Source: Escherichia phage vB_EcoM-G28. From it: a stretch of DNA of 64,000 nt. A program made the position numbers and the translations under genes. Numbering within the stretch: the stretch's first letter is position 1; each line of letters starts with the position of its first letter. Shown here piece after piece: positions 31,222 to 43,953 of this stretch. The DNA is taken from sequence record NC_054916.1. One strand, written 5' to 3'. The notes under the pieces were generated by a model. It was not told where the DNA came from, searched no databases, and was given only the letters and a program-made list of their open reading frames with translations.

Positions 31222-31718
31222 AAAGTTTTAATAACCTCTATAATATCGTCTTGAGAAAGACCGTTAATTAAAATATGATGTTCAGCTGGAGATTTAGAAA
31301 TTTTAAAGCATGCCTCAACATCTTCTGCCATATCCGATGCACTACGATTTGGATTACTAATTCCAAGACGATGTTTTCCCGTCAAAGGATTAACGATGAT
31401 GTAGCATTTACAGCTATTAATGTGAACATTAGGTTGAGTCTGATTAATGAACACATCACAATCATATTTCGCAAGCTGATTTTCTAAAAAGACTTTCATC
31501 TCCTCAACCGCATCAGGAAGCATATCACGGGCTTGCTCAAGACGACGATTTCGATATTCTTTGATGGTCGTTTTCCGCTTAACTTGCTTAGCTAAATCTT
31601 TCTTAAGATCGGTGATATATCCAACTCGACGATTTCCTTTGAATACAGAAATCCCATCTGTAGTATCACCGTATGCTTCAACGACCATCTCAGTAGTAAT
31701 AAGCTGCAAATCCATCAT
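31212..31718 (-). CDS. alc: Alc (allows late transcription on cytosine DNA / host transcription terminator)
   Basis: 168 aa; synteny between pseT region and rnlA. Confidence 0.8.
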   Translation of the reverse strand: MMDLQLITTEMVVEAYGDTTDGISVFKGNRRVGYITDLKKDLAKQVKRKTTIKEYRNRRLEQARDMLPDAVEEMKVFLENQLAKYDCDVFINQTQPNVHINSCKCYIIVNPLTGKHRLGISNPNRSASDMAEDVEACFKISKSPAEHHILINGLSQDDIIEVIKTLCM

Positions 31719-31746
31719 AAAGTCCTCATGTTATGTCAGTAAGATT

Positions 31747-31776
31747 ATTATAACACAACACGAGGGACTTGTAAAC
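31747..31776 (-). promoter_or_regulatory. Early promoter upstream of alc (-35 GTTTACA, -10 TGTTATAAT)
   Basis: 54-bp sequence identical to the promoter at 16208-16261. Confidence 0.55.
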
Positions 31777-31779
31777 AGC

Positions 31780-33718
<1,939 letters not shown>

Positions 33719-33740
33719 AATAAAATGGGCCTTGCGGCCC
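33719..33740 (-). terminator. GGGCC-GCAA-GGCCC hairpin plus U-run between nrdB and denA
   Basis: Hairpin 33727-33740 followed on minus strand by AUUUUAUU directly before the denA ATG. Confidence 0.55.
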
Positions 33741-33747
33741 ACACTCC

Positions 33748-34926
33748 TTAAAAATATTTTTTAAAACTCATCATAACTTTATCATCAACATCATTATCAA
33801 TCTGTGCAACAAGGTAAGATGACAGTTCTACTTCTTGTGGCGCGGATTGAACATTATCAGAATTAAGATATTCACGAATCCAAGGATATGGATGTTTAAC
33901 CGGAGCATCGGTAATTGGGCATGGAAGACCGCACTGTTTCATACGAGATACAGTTAAGTAATCAATAAAGCTCCACATGCTATTTGTATTTAATCCAGGA
34001 ACATCGCCATCTTTAAATAAATGAACTGCCCAATCTTTTTCTTGGCGGTTAACTTCCATGAAAATATCAACTGCTTCTTGTTCACACTCTTGAGCAATTT
34101 TAACCCATTCATCGCCATCAGTACCGGATTGAAGTTGACGAATAATATATTGGGTGCCTTTAAGGTGAAGCTGCTCATCACGTGCAATGAACTTCATAAT
34201 CTTGGCATTACCTTCCATGATTTCCATGTTCTTATGGAAGTTAAAGGTACATGCAAAAGATACATAAAAACGAATAGCTTCTAAGGCATTAATAACGTGC
34301 AAACAGAGGTAAAGAGATTTCATTAGTGCTCGTTTAGCTTCGGCTTCTTGTTTAATAGCTCGATTTAAACGAAAAACAGCATCAGGAGATTCTTTAGCTA
34401 GTTCTGTAAATTCTTTAGCGTTTTCCCATTCACGGGTTTTAGTCAGAACATCATCATAATAACGTCCAATTGATTCAGCACGTTTCATGATAGCTTCATC
34501 TAATACAATCTCATCAAATACCTTTGACGGATCAGTATAAAGATTTCGCATGATATGTGTATATGAACGACTATGAATAGTTTCACTAAAAGTCCATGTA
34601 GCAACCCATGTATCAAGACTTGGGTCTGAAATTAATGACATAAGTACAGCAGATGGCGCACGACCCTGAATGCTATCTAGAAGTGATTGATACTTCAGAT
34701 TATTAGTAAAAATATCTTGCTGATATTGAGGAAGCTTGTTAAATTGTGCAGCATCCATCATTAAGTTTACTTCTTCAGGACGCCAGAAAAATGACAACTG
34801 CTTTTCGGTTAAATCTTCAAAAACTTTATGACGTTGAATATCATAACGCGCAATACCAAGACCTGAACCGAAGAACATAGGTTCTTTTAAAACATCAACT
34901 GGATTTGTATTAAAAACTGTAGACAT
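33748..34926 (-). CDS. nrdB: Ribonucleotide reductase small subunit, uninterrupted
   Basis: 392 aa from MSTVFNT; AGAGGA SD; diiron-centre motifs; no intron. Confidence 0.92.
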   Translation of the reverse strand: MSTVFNTNPVDVLKEPMFFGSGLGIARYDIQRHKVFEDLTEKQLSFFWRPEEVNLMMDAAQFNKLPQYQQDIFTNNLKYQSLLDSIQGRAPSAVLMSLISDPSLDTWVATWTFSETIHSRSYTHIMRNLYTDPSKVFDEIVLDEAIMKRAESIGRYYDDVLTKTREWENAKEFTELAKESPDAVFRLNRAIKQEAEAKRALMKSLYLCLHVINALEAIRFYVSFACTFNFHKNMEIMEGNAKIMKFIARDEQLHLKGTQYIIRQLQSGTDGDEWVKIAQECEQEAVDIFMEVNRQEKDWAVHLFKDGDVPGLNTNSMWSFIDYLTVSRMKQCGLPCPITDAPVKHPYPWIREYLNSDNVQSAPQEVELSSYLVAQIDNDVDDKVMMSFKKYF

Positions 34927-35657
34927 TAATTTTTCCTCTTTAAAATTCTGCCGCGTTTCCAACCTGGCGGTATAATATCATCTTTACCTATAAGCGTGCA
35001 TTCACTTCCATTATTAATCCATTTCTTACCGCGGATTCCTTTATAATCTCTTGGTTGTATTTTGTCAAACTTTGCATCAAGTTGATATGCCCAACGAAAT
35101 CCATAGGCATATTGAAATTTACCCTCAGCACAATATTTGATATTTGACCCGTTTCCATTAACTGATCTGGACGCTGCCGCAATAGAGTGAAAGGTTTCTA
35201 TGAAATCCCCATCTAATGAGAATTTATGTATTTCGATAGATGGGCATGCATACCTATTCACGTTTGATACATGTTGTTTAGTTTCGTTTTTATGATGCTT
35301 GCCTAACATTCCTCTAGGATGAGGATTATTTTTCCAATATTTCTTAAAGAAATCAGAATTAGCTTTAGCAAATAATTTTCTGTGCAAGCTATACAATCTG
35401 TTATTAATTCTATTACCAGCTTTATCTGTTGCCATTAACGTTAACGCAGAGGCAAGACCAAAATGGCCTTCATTTATCTTGCATAGTAATAGATGCGCTA
35501 TAAAATGTTCTCTAGCTGTTAATTCAACTAAATTTTCTTTATCATCAGAACCTCCCATGCATTTAGGGACTATATGATGTGTCTCTTTATATTCGGATAA
35601 AGGTTCCCGAGCCTGAGCTCGGGAAATTAGATCATTATAGATTTTTTGATAATTCAT
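34926..35657 (-). CDS. mobE: Free-standing HNH homing endonuclease between nrdA and nrdB (mobE-like)
   Basis: 243 aa; HNH motif HHIVPKCMGG...NLVELTAREHFIAH; stop overlaps nrdB start (TAATG). Confidence 0.75.
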   Translation of the reverse strand: MNYQKIYNDLISRAQAREPLSEYKETHHIVPKCMGGSDDKENLVELTAREHFIAHLLLCKINEGHFGLASALTLMATDKAGNRINNRLYSLHRKLFAKANSDFFKKYWKNNPHPRGMLGKHHKNETKQHVSNVNRYACPSIEIHKFSLDGDFIETFHSIAAASRSVNGNGSNIKYCAEGKFQYAYGFRWAYQLDAKFDKIQPRDYKGIRGKKWINNGSECTLIGKDDIIPPGWKRGRILKRKN

Positions 35658-37921
35658 TACAATTTACACGCTGCACAATCGTCGGCTTTAGGAGTTTCTA
35701 TTTCATAATCATCAGTACCAGAACCATCACGGGTATTATGATAATAGAAATTTTTAATGCCATAATACCATCCGTATAGCATGTCATCAATCATTACAGA
35801 CATTGGAACCTTTCCTTTTGGAAAAATCTGCGGGTCATAATATGTATTCGCTGAAGCTGATTGACATACCCATTTCAGCATAATAGCTACCTGCGTAAGA
35901 TAAGGTTTATTACCTTTCTTAGCTAATTTCCATGTATAATCATAGAGGTCTATGTTATGCTCAATATTGGGCACGACTTGATTAAAGGAGCCCTCTTTTG
36001 ATTCTTTAACACTTACCGGTCCACGTGGAGGCTCGATACCGTTTGTACTGTTAGAAACTTGGGAAGATGACTCACATGGCATAAGTGCTGATAATGTGCT
36101 ATTACGGATGCCAAAGAGCTTAAGGTCTTCCCGCAGCGACGACCAGTCACAAACGTATTTTGGAGCTGCGATTTGGTCAATCTTTTTATTGTACCAGTCG
36201 ATAGGTAATTCGCCTCGAGACCAACGAGTGTCTGAATAATATTCGCAAGGTCCTTTTTCTTTGGCGAGCTTAATGGATGCTTTAATGAGTCCATACTGTA
36301 ATCTCTCAAATAGTTCATGTGTTAAATCGTTAGCATCTTCATAAGAAGCAAAGTTACTTGCCAGCCAAGCTGCATAGTTGGTAACACCTACACCGAGGTT
36401 ACGACGCTTTTTAGCTTTTTCTGCTTCAGGAACTGGATATCCTTGGTAATCCAAAAGATTATCAAGAGCACGAACTTGAACTTCTGCCAATTCATTAATT
36501 TTATCTTGGTCTTGCCAATCGAAGTTATCCAACACAAATGCAGATAACGTGCACAATCCAATTTCAGCATCAGGACTATTCACATCATTTGTTGGAATAG
36601 CAATTTCACAACACAGGTTACTCTGACGAATCGGTGCCTTTTCACGAATAAATGGAGTATAGTTATTCGTATTATCAATGAACTGTACATAAATCCTTGC
36701 TGTTCCTGATCGTTCAGTCATGAGCAATTCAAATAGTTCACGGGCTTTAATACGCTTTTTGCGAATATTAGGGTCTTTTTCTGCTGCTTCGTATAATTCG
36801 CGGAAACGGTCTTGGTCTTTAAAATAAGAATAATAAAGCTCGCCACCCATTTCATGCGGACTGAACAAAGTAATGTAGTCGTTCTTTCCAAAACGTTCCA
36901 TCATCAAATCATTCAGCTGGACGCCATAATCCATATGACGGATACGGTTTTCTTCTACACCTTTGTTATTTTTCAAAACGAGAAGATTTTCAACTTCCAA
37001 ATGCCAAATGGGATAATAAGCAGTAGCAGCGCCGCCACGAATTCCGCCCTGTGAACATGATTTAACAGCAGTCTGAAAATGTTTCCAAAAAGGAATAACA
37101 CCAGTATGGCGTACTTCACCCATGCCAATCTTAGAACCTTCGGCACGAATCATACCAACGTTAATACCAATTCCAGCGCGTTTAGAGATATATTCAACGA
37201 TTGAAGCGGAAGCCTTATTGATAGACTTCAGCGAATCACCTGCCTCAATAACAACACATGAACTAAACTGTCGAGTCGGAGTACGGCAACCAGCCATAAT
37301 AGGAGTTGGCAATGAAATCTGTCGAGTAGATACTGCTTCATAAAAACGGATAACATGTTTTAATCTATCAACAGGTTCATCTTGATGTAATGCCATTCCA
37401 ATAGTCATAAATGCAAACTGTGGAGTTTCATAAATTTGACCAGTGGTTTTATCTTTAACTAGATATTTTTCTTTTAATTGCATCGCCCCGGAATAAGTAA
37501 ATTCCATATCCCGCTCGTGCTTAATTTTTGATTCTAAAAATGTAATTTCTTCTGCTGAATATTTTGACAATAATTCAGGGTCATATTTACCTTCATTTAC
37601 ACAGTAAGAAATATGGTCAATAAATGAACGTGGTTCATACTGCCCATAAACATGCTTACGAAGAGCAAACATTAAACAGCGTGCAGCTACATATTGATAA
37701 TCAGGCTCTTCAACCGAAATAGAATTCGCAGCGGCCTTAATGACAATAGTCTGAATATCATCAGTTGTCATTCCATCACGGAGATATGATTTAATATTTT
37801 CATATAATTCATAAGGATTTACAGATGTTCCTTCAGCTGCCCAAGATAAAACTTTAATAATTTTTTGTGGATCAAAGCTCTGAGAAACGCCACTACTTTT
37901 GATAACATTAATTAATTGCAT
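35657..37921 (-). CDS. nrdA: Ribonucleotide reductase large subunit
   Basis: 754 aa; ATP-cone N-terminus, active-site NLCCEI motif. Confidence 0.95.
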   Translation of the reverse strand: MQLINVIKSSGVSQSFDPQKIIKVLSWAAEGTSVNPYELYENIKSYLRDGMTTDDIQTIVIKAAANSISVEEPDYQYVAARCLMFALRKHVYGQYEPRSFIDHISYCVNEGKYDPELLSKYSAEEITFLESKIKHERDMEFTYSGAMQLKEKYLVKDKTTGQIYETPQFAFMTIGMALHQDEPVDRLKHVIRFYEAVSTRQISLPTPIMAGCRTPTRQFSSCVVIEAGDSLKSINKASASIVEYISKRAGIGINVGMIRAEGSKIGMGEVRHTGVIPFWKHFQTAVKSCSQGGIRGGAATAYYPIWHLEVENLLVLKNNKGVEENRIRHMDYGVQLNDLMMERFGKNDYITLFSPHEMGGELYYSYFKDQDRFRELYEAAEKDPNIRKKRIKARELFELLMTERSGTARIYVQFIDNTNNYTPFIREKAPIRQSNLCCEIAIPTNDVNSPDAEIGLCTLSAFVLDNFDWQDQDKINELAEVQVRALDNLLDYQGYPVPEAEKAKKRRNLGVGVTNYAAWLASNFASYEDANDLTHELFERLQYGLIKASIKLAKEKGPCEYYSDTRWSRGELPIDWYNKKIDQIAAPKYVCDWSSLREDLKLFGIRNSTLSALMPCESSSQVSNSTNGIEPPRGPVSVKESKEGSFNQVVPNIEHNIDLYDYTWKLAKKGNKPYLTQVAIMLKWVCQSASANTYYDPQIFPKGKVPMSVMIDDMLYGWYYGIKNFYYHNTRDGSGTDDYEIETPKADDCAACKL

Positions 37922-38238
37922 AAGTCCTCAACTTGAAAATCGTCTTTAAACAATCGGTTAACTATATGAGCTATTATATCACCATGACACGGCTTTGGTT
38001 TACATGTGCATCCTAGCCTCATTCCACGTAAAGGCTCTAAATGTGCTTTAGTTATTTCTCCGGATTTAATTCGACGTATAAAATCTTTTTTGAATAATTC
38101 AATGGCAGCCTCCCGGCTGCCAGCATCTTTACCGACGTAATTTCCCCAAAATGTACCGCGGTGAATATTAACATCAAAGTCGGATTTATATTTATTCACT
38201 ACCCGGCATAGACGGCCCGCGCGGTGATAATTCAGCAT
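37912..38238 (-). CDS. Hypothetical protein (nrdA.1 position)
   Basis: 108 aa ORF. Confidence 0.55.
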   Translation of the reverse strand: MLNYHRAGRLCRVVNKYKSDFDVNIHRGTFWGNYVGKDAGSREAAIELFKKDFIRRIKSGEITKAHLEPLRGMRLGCTCKPKPCHGDIIAHIVNRLFKDDFQVEDLCN

Positions 38239-38467
38239 ATTGTTTTTCCGTCAAAACAGTAATATCGTAGTAACAGTCAGAAGAAGTTTTAACTGTGGAA
38301 ATTTTATTATCAAAATACTCACGGGTCATTTTATGAGTATAATATTTTTTACCATAAATGATAATAGGCTGATTTGGTCCTGGAACTTCTAACTCGCTTG
38401 GGTTAGGAAGTGTAAAAAGAACGGCACCAGAAGTATCTTTAAATCGTAAAATCATATATCCTCGCAA
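38192..38467 (-). CDS. Hypothetical protein (nrdA.2 position)
   Basis: 91 aa ORF. Confidence 0.5.
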   Translation of the reverse strand: MRGYMILRFKDTSGAVLFTLPNPSELEVPGPNQPIIIYGKKYYTHKMTREYFDNKISTVKTSSDCYYDITVLTEKQYAELSPRGPSMPGSE

Positions 38468-38478
38468 TTAAATTAAAA

Positions 38479-38790
38479 TTATACCGCCATTTTTCCTTTC
38501 AAGACACCGTGGGATTGATAATCTTTGAGAACGAAATCTTTAGGTCTAAGTTTAAGAACATATTTTAATTGTTCTTTAGTAGAAAGATATCGGAATTTAT
38601 AAGGTAGACCACTTATTACCAGCTCACAAAGCTCTTTAGGTTCACGCCTCAAAATTTCTTTACATTGTTCTACGTGATTCATATAGATATGAGTATTACC
38701 ACCAGAAAATATCAAATCTCCTGGAATAAGATTACACATCTTAGCTACAATATGAACTAACGTAGCATATGATGCAATATTAAACGGTAG
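38479..38790 (-). CDS. td: Thymidylate synthase, exon 2 (103 codons)
   Basis: Continues TS sequence after splice junction ...FLG|LPFNIASYAT; exon 1 plus exon 2 give 286 aa. Confidence 0.9.
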   Translation of the reverse strand, partial: LPFNIASYATLVHIVAKMCNLIPGDLIFSGGNTHIYMNHVEQCKEILRREPKELCELVISGLPYKFRYLSTKEQLKYVLKLRPKDFVLKDYQSHGVLKGKMAV

Positions 38791-39235
38791 CATTATGTTC
38801 AGATAAGGTCGTTAATCTTACCCCGGAATTATATCCAGCTGCATGTCACCATGCAGATCAGACTATATCTCCAACTTGTTAAAGCAAGTTGTCTATCGTT
38901 TCGAGTCACTTGACCCTACTCCCCAAAGGGATAGTCGTTAGGCATTTATGTAGAACCAATTCCATTTATCAGATTTTACACGATAAGTAACTAATCCAGA
39001 CGAAATTTTAAAATGCCTTTTCCATCTCTTTTCAAAATCTTTAGCACTTCCTACATATACTTTATTGTTTAAAGTATTTTTAATCTGATAAATTCCGCTT
39101 TTCATAAATACCTCTTTAAATATAGAAGTATTATTAAAGGGCAGTCCTACAATTTAGCACGGGATTGTCTACTAGAGAGGTTCCCCGTTTAGATAGATTA
39201 CAAGTATAAGTCACCTTATACTCAGGCCTCAATTA
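38791..39235 (-). ncRNA. Group I self-splicing intron in td (445 nt), with internally deleted homing-endonuclease ORF
   Basis: Begins UAAUUGAGGCCUGAGUAUAAGGUG and ends ...GAACAUAAUG as in the T4 td intron; interrupts an otherwise continuous TS reading frame. Confidence 0.85.
38938..39105 (-). pseudogene. I-TevI remnant: 55-codon ORF fusing the GIY-YIG N-terminus to the C-terminal tail
   Basis: MKSGIYQIKNTLNNKVYVGSAKDFEKRWKRHFK joined directly to ISSGLVTYRVKSDKWNWFYINA; too short for a functional GIY-YIG enzyme. Confidence 0.75.
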
Positions 39236-40607
<1,372 letters not shown>

Positions 40608-40619
40608 ATATTATTTTCC

Positions 40620-40862
40620 TTAAACAGACTTTTTCACAATTTTCCAATCAGCTTTAAACTGCTCGACGTCAGAATGGTAAATCCAGAATCCTGCGCTTTC
40701 TCCATCCTCATAAAGAGGGCATCTATCACATTCATCTTCCCATCCCATATCACGCAAAAGATGTTCAGCTTTTTCAACAAGTTCAGAATCTTTACCGATG
40801 ATATTAAAATACCATTTACCTCTAACTTCCGAATCTTTGATGCTCTGGCGTTGTAATCTCAT
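40620..40862 (-). CDS. Hypothetical protein (frd.2 position)
   Basis: 80 aa ORF with early promoter upstream. Confidence 0.55.
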   Translation of the reverse strand: MRLQRQSIKDSEVRGKWYFNIIGKDSELVEKAEHLLRDMGWEDECDRCPLYEDGESAGFWIYHSDVEQFKADWKIVKKSV

Positions 40863-40887
40863 TTTATTCTCCTTAGTTGATAGGGTA

Positions 40888-40918
40888 ATAGTATCACACT
40901 ACTACCCTTCTGTAAACT
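40888..40918 (-). promoter_or_regulatory. Early promoter (-35 TTTACA, extended -10 TGaTACTAT)
   Basis: Minus-strand match with 17-nt spacer. Confidence 0.5.
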
Positions 40919-41282
40919 ACTTTTTGAAAGTTTTTCGCAAAAGTTCAATGATTTCATCTACATTGTTTTCGTCTACAATGCAGTGAATTTTTGTTACACC
41001 AGAAACCAGGTCTTTGACTTCATCTTCTTCAGAAGTCGGTTCTTTATATTCTCGGAAACAATGAAATTCATCTTCGCAAACATTGAAGTAAAAATGCTTT
41101 CCATTTGCGCATTCAATGTGTTTTATTACTCTAAATCCATCAACAAAGAAAGCTTCTTTAACTTCAAACCATCCGCCATTTTCTTGAATAATTTTAACTA
41201 TTGATGAATTAGAACGTGGGCGATAATTAATAAATGTATCAATAAGTCTTGGAACAAGCTCATACTTTTTACCGGTATACAT
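40917..41282 (-). CDS. Hypothetical protein (frd.3 position)
   Basis: 121 aa ORF. Confidence 0.55.
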   Translation of the reverse strand: MYTGKKYELVPRLIDTFINYRPRSNSSIVKIIQENGGWFEVKEAFFVDGFRVIKHIECANGKHFYFNVCEDEFHCFREYKEPTSEEDEVKDLVSGVTKIHCIVDENNVDEIIELLRKTFKK

Positions 41283-41326
41283 TACGTTTTCCTCATTTTA
41301 ATAGGGGCTTGATAGCCCCTTGATAA

Positions 41327-41554
41327 TTACTGTTCAATAAATCCTGTGTAAAATTCTACATCTTCAGCATCCATACCGTCGCAGTATTCATTAACCATAA
41401 ACTGTTTAAGACGATCTAAAGGACCTTCAATAACAACTGAAACATTACAATTAGGATCATTTAGTGCGCTTATGATACTAAGTTCAGGATAACGATTACG
41501 AATAATCTCTTCAATATATTCAAAATCAACAACATCAATATCAATTTTAGCCAT
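41327..41554 (-). CDS. Hypothetical protein (75 aa from MAKIDIDVV)
   Basis: ORF-track start at 41617 lies upstream of the promoter; internal ATG with AAAGAGGAAA SD is the likely start. Confidence 0.5.
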   Translation of the reverse strand: MAKIDIDVVDFEYIEEIIRNRYPELSIISALNDPNCNVSVVIEGPLDRLKQFMVNEYCDGMDAEDVEFYTGFIEQ

Positions 41555-41597
41555 ATTATTTTCCTCTTTAATCATCAGCAGTATTGCCGATAGTTGT

Positions 41598-41627
41598 ATA
41601 GTACCATGGAAGGACAAGGATGTAAAC
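41598..41627 (-). promoter_or_regulatory. Early promoter (-35 GTTTACA, -10 TGgTACTAT)
   Basis: 17-nt spacer; A/T-rich upstream region. Confidence 0.55.
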
Positions 41628-41640
41628 AGTTTTGTGAAAA

Positions 41641-41679
41641 AAATTTTTGAAATAAAAAAAGGGGACCTCTAGGGTCCCC
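41641..41679 (-). terminator. Gene 32 terminator hairpin GGGGACC...GGTCCCC plus U-run
   Basis: Hairpin 41661-41679 followed on minus strand by TTTTTTTATTTC. Confidence 0.7.
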
Positions 41680-41701
41680 AATTAATTAGTAATATAATCT
41701 A

Positions 41702-42610
41702 TTAAAGGTCATTCAAAAGGTCATCCAGGTCCGTGTCATCAGCACTAGATGAACTGCCAGAGCTTGAGCTCATAAAATCATCTTCAGTTTTTGTATTGAA
41801 GTCATCAACATTGAATGCATCCAAATCATCAGCAACCTTATCAGCTTTCTTAGCGGCAGTTGCTGCGGCACCGCCCATCACAGCAGTTCCCATAACTTGA
41901 CTGAATTTAGTGCTCAGTTCTTCAAACGATTTGAATTTATCTTTAGAAGTCATTTCAGAAAGGTCAACCATTTGTTCGAACAGTTCTTTCTGGAAAGATT
42001 CATCGTCAATGTTTGGAATCGCAGATTGATTCAGGAATTTAGATTCGTCGTAGTTACTAAATCCAGAAACTTGTTTAACTTTCAGTACAAAATTAGCACC
42101 TTCCCACGGACAAGTTACATCAACCGGAGTTTCACCCATTTCAACATCAACTGCAATCATTGCATTGATTTTATCCCAGATTTTCTTACCGAAACGGTAT
42201 TTAAATACTTTACCTTCGTTTTCTGGAGCAGCTGGGTCTTTTACTACAAGAATGTTAGCCCAGTAAGAAGTTTTACGTTTAACAAGACTGTACTCTTTAT
42301 TGTCAGTGTTGTACAGATCATTTTTACTGATGTATTGACATACTGGGCAAGAATCGTAATCACCGTGGGTAGATGAACATGTTTCAATATACCATTTACC
42401 ATTTTTCTTGAAACCGTGATTTACAAGAATTGCGAATGGTGCTTGTTCATCATTTTTAGACGGAAGAAAACGAATTACTGCTTGACCGTTACCCGCATTA
42501 TCGAGTTTCAGTTTCCACTCGCCTTTATCTTCAGAAGAAAAACCACCTTTATTTCCAGCCAGTTTAGCCATTTGTGCAGCGAGTTCAGCAGTAGATTTAC
42601 GTTTAAACAT
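41702..42610 (-). CDS. 32: Single-stranded DNA-binding protein gp32
   Basis: 302 aa; sequence recognised as T4 gp32 incl. zinc ligands and acidic C-terminus. Confidence 0.95.
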   Translation of the reverse strand: MFKRKSTAELAAQMAKLAGNKGGFSSEDKGEWKLKLDNAGNGQAVIRFLPSKNDEQAPFAILVNHGFKKNGKWYIETCSSTHGDYDSCPVCQYISKNDLYNTDNKEYSLVKRKTSYWANILVVKDPAAPENEGKVFKYRFGKKIWDKINAMIAVDVEMGETPVDVTCPWEGANFVLKVKQVSGFSNYDESKFLNQSAIPNIDDESFQKELFEQMVDLSEMTSKDKFKSFEELSTKFSQVMGTAVMGGAAATAAKKADKVADDLDAFNVDDFNTKTEDDFMSSSSGSSSSADDTDLDDLLNDL

Positions 42611-42680
42611 TTTTATTTCCTTTTTAATTTAATTAACAGTTGGTGCTATGACGATGTATGACCTCATAGCTGGTCAGTGA
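42611..42680 (-). promoter_or_regulatory. Gene 32 translational operator (A/U-rich UUAAA repeats before the start codon)
   Basis: Minus strand reads UUAAUUAAAUUAAAAAGGAAAUAAAAAUG, the autoregulatory leader of T4 gene 32. Confidence 0.6.
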
Positions 42681-42693
42681 GATAATTATAATC

Positions 42694-42701
42694 TATTTAT
42701 A
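42694..42701 (-). promoter_or_regulatory. Late promoter element TATAAATA upstream of gene 32
   Basis: Exact octamer on minus strand about 80 nt upstream of the ATG. Confidence 0.45.
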
Positions 42702-42709
42702 ATAAGCAA

Positions 42710-43363
42710 TTAATACTTGCATGATTTCACAGTTTCAATAAAAACACTTTTAGCTTTCTGTGAATCAATATTTAAAATTTTTCTATAAGCCTTTAACTTT
42801 ATAGAATAATTATTCCAGACTAAATTATCAGTCTGTTCATCATGTTTATCAATTATATTTAAAAACGAATCAAGCAAGATAAACGTCTCAAACGAAATTA
42901 TATTCGATTGAAGTAGTTTAAAAATATAACTTGATTGAACTTTTGGATTATACTCAAAGATTTCTTTAAAAGCAGAAACTTCAACTTTCTTACTAAAATA
43001 ATAAATGTTGCGAATATCTTCTTCAAACTTAAATTTAATTTGCTTTAAGCGTCCGATATATTCACGATAAAACACAAGTGCATCAGCGTCAGAGATGTCA
43101 CCAATCCAAGCATCCTGGTTAGCAACAAGATTGCTTATAAAGATTAAAGCAAGTTCCTTTAATTTATATTTTTCTGATAACTTCTGGAAAAAATACTTAT
43201 CCCTTCGCTTTTGATAAGCGGCATCAGACACCCGCATGCACCAATTATACTTAATTACATCATACTTTCCATTCATATGTTGTTTTATCATTAAGTATAA
43301 TTTATAAACTGATTTACCATCAATATATCTTTCACCACCAGCAGGCATGCGGAGTTTAATCAT
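42710..43363 (-). CDS. 59: Helicase loader gp59
   Basis: 217 aa; synteny. Confidence 0.85.
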   Translation of the reverse strand: MIKLRMPAGGERYIDGKSVYKLYLMIKQHMNGKYDVIKYNWCMRVSDAAYQKRRDKYFFQKLSEKYKLKELALIFISNLVANQDAWIGDISDADALVFYREYIGRLKQIKFKFEEDIRNIYYFSKKVEVSAFKEIFEYNPKVQSSYIFKLLQSNIISFETFILLDSFLNIIDKHDEQTDNLVWNNYSIKLKAYRKILNIDSQKAKSVFIETVKSCKY

Positions 43364-43698
43364 AGTAGAAAATCTAATGTATTAGTTTTTTCACAACGAA
43401 CAATAGAAGGACGTAAAAGATTTTCGTCAATAGCTTCTGACTGAATTTTTTCAATTATACCCGAAGGAATAAATTTAGCAAATTGAGTTTCAGGAATAGA
43501 ATTTTCTTCTAAGAATGCTGTTGTAGCTTCAAGATAACTCATTCCAAACTCTTCTACCATTTTTTCAATAATAAATCCATTTTCTTGGCGGTCAAGAAGT
43601 TTTGCTATTTCATCCTTTTCTTTCTTGATTGAAAGTTCTTTTTCTGAAAGACCGGTCTCATCGACCGGACGAATATCATTTAGAGAAAACTGTGTCAT
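43360..43698 (-). CDS. 33: Late transcription co-activator gp33
   Basis: 112 aa from MTQFSLND; synteny. Confidence 0.7.
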   Translation of the reverse strand: MTQFSLNDIRPVDETGLSEKELSIKKEKDEIAKLLDRQENGFIIEKMVEEFGMSYLEATTAFLEENSIPETQFAKFIPSGIIEKIQSEAIDENLLRPSIVRCEKTNTLDFLL

Positions 43699-43945
43699 AA
43701 AGTTCAACTACCTCTTCGGTTTCAGCTTCAAACACATCACGGTTATCTTTATGATACAAAGCTAATAGACGATTAAACATCTTACCATCAACGCCAAGTT
43801 CATCTTTGGCACGAATTCGAATATCTTTAATCAATTCATTATAACCAGAAATTTTCAGTTTATGATCAGATGCTTCTTTAATAAATTTAGCCAAGTCTTC
43901 GCCATGGATAGCTTCATCAAATTCAACCATTTCTTTTTTAGCCAT
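43676..43945 (-). CDS. dsbA: dsDNA-binding protein DsbA (late transcription enhancer)
   Basis: 89 aa; synteny between rnh and 33. Confidence 0.7.
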   Translation of the reverse strand: MAKKEMVEFDEAIHGEDLAKFIKEASDHKLKISGYNELIKDIRIRAKDELGVDGKMFNRLLALYHKDNRDVFEAETEEVVELYDTVFSK

Positions 43946-43953
43946 TATTCACC

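Noticed and set aside
33748-34926. Expected group I intron in nrdB
   Set aside because: The reading frame is continuous and of normal length for a class Ia small subunit, so no intron is present.
41617-41617. ORF-track start codons upstream of the true starts (for example 41617, 62202, 61519, 33291, 44886, 43707)
   Set aside because: These extended N-termini run through promoter elements or lack an SD; internal ATGs with good SD and matching T4 protein lengths are preferred.
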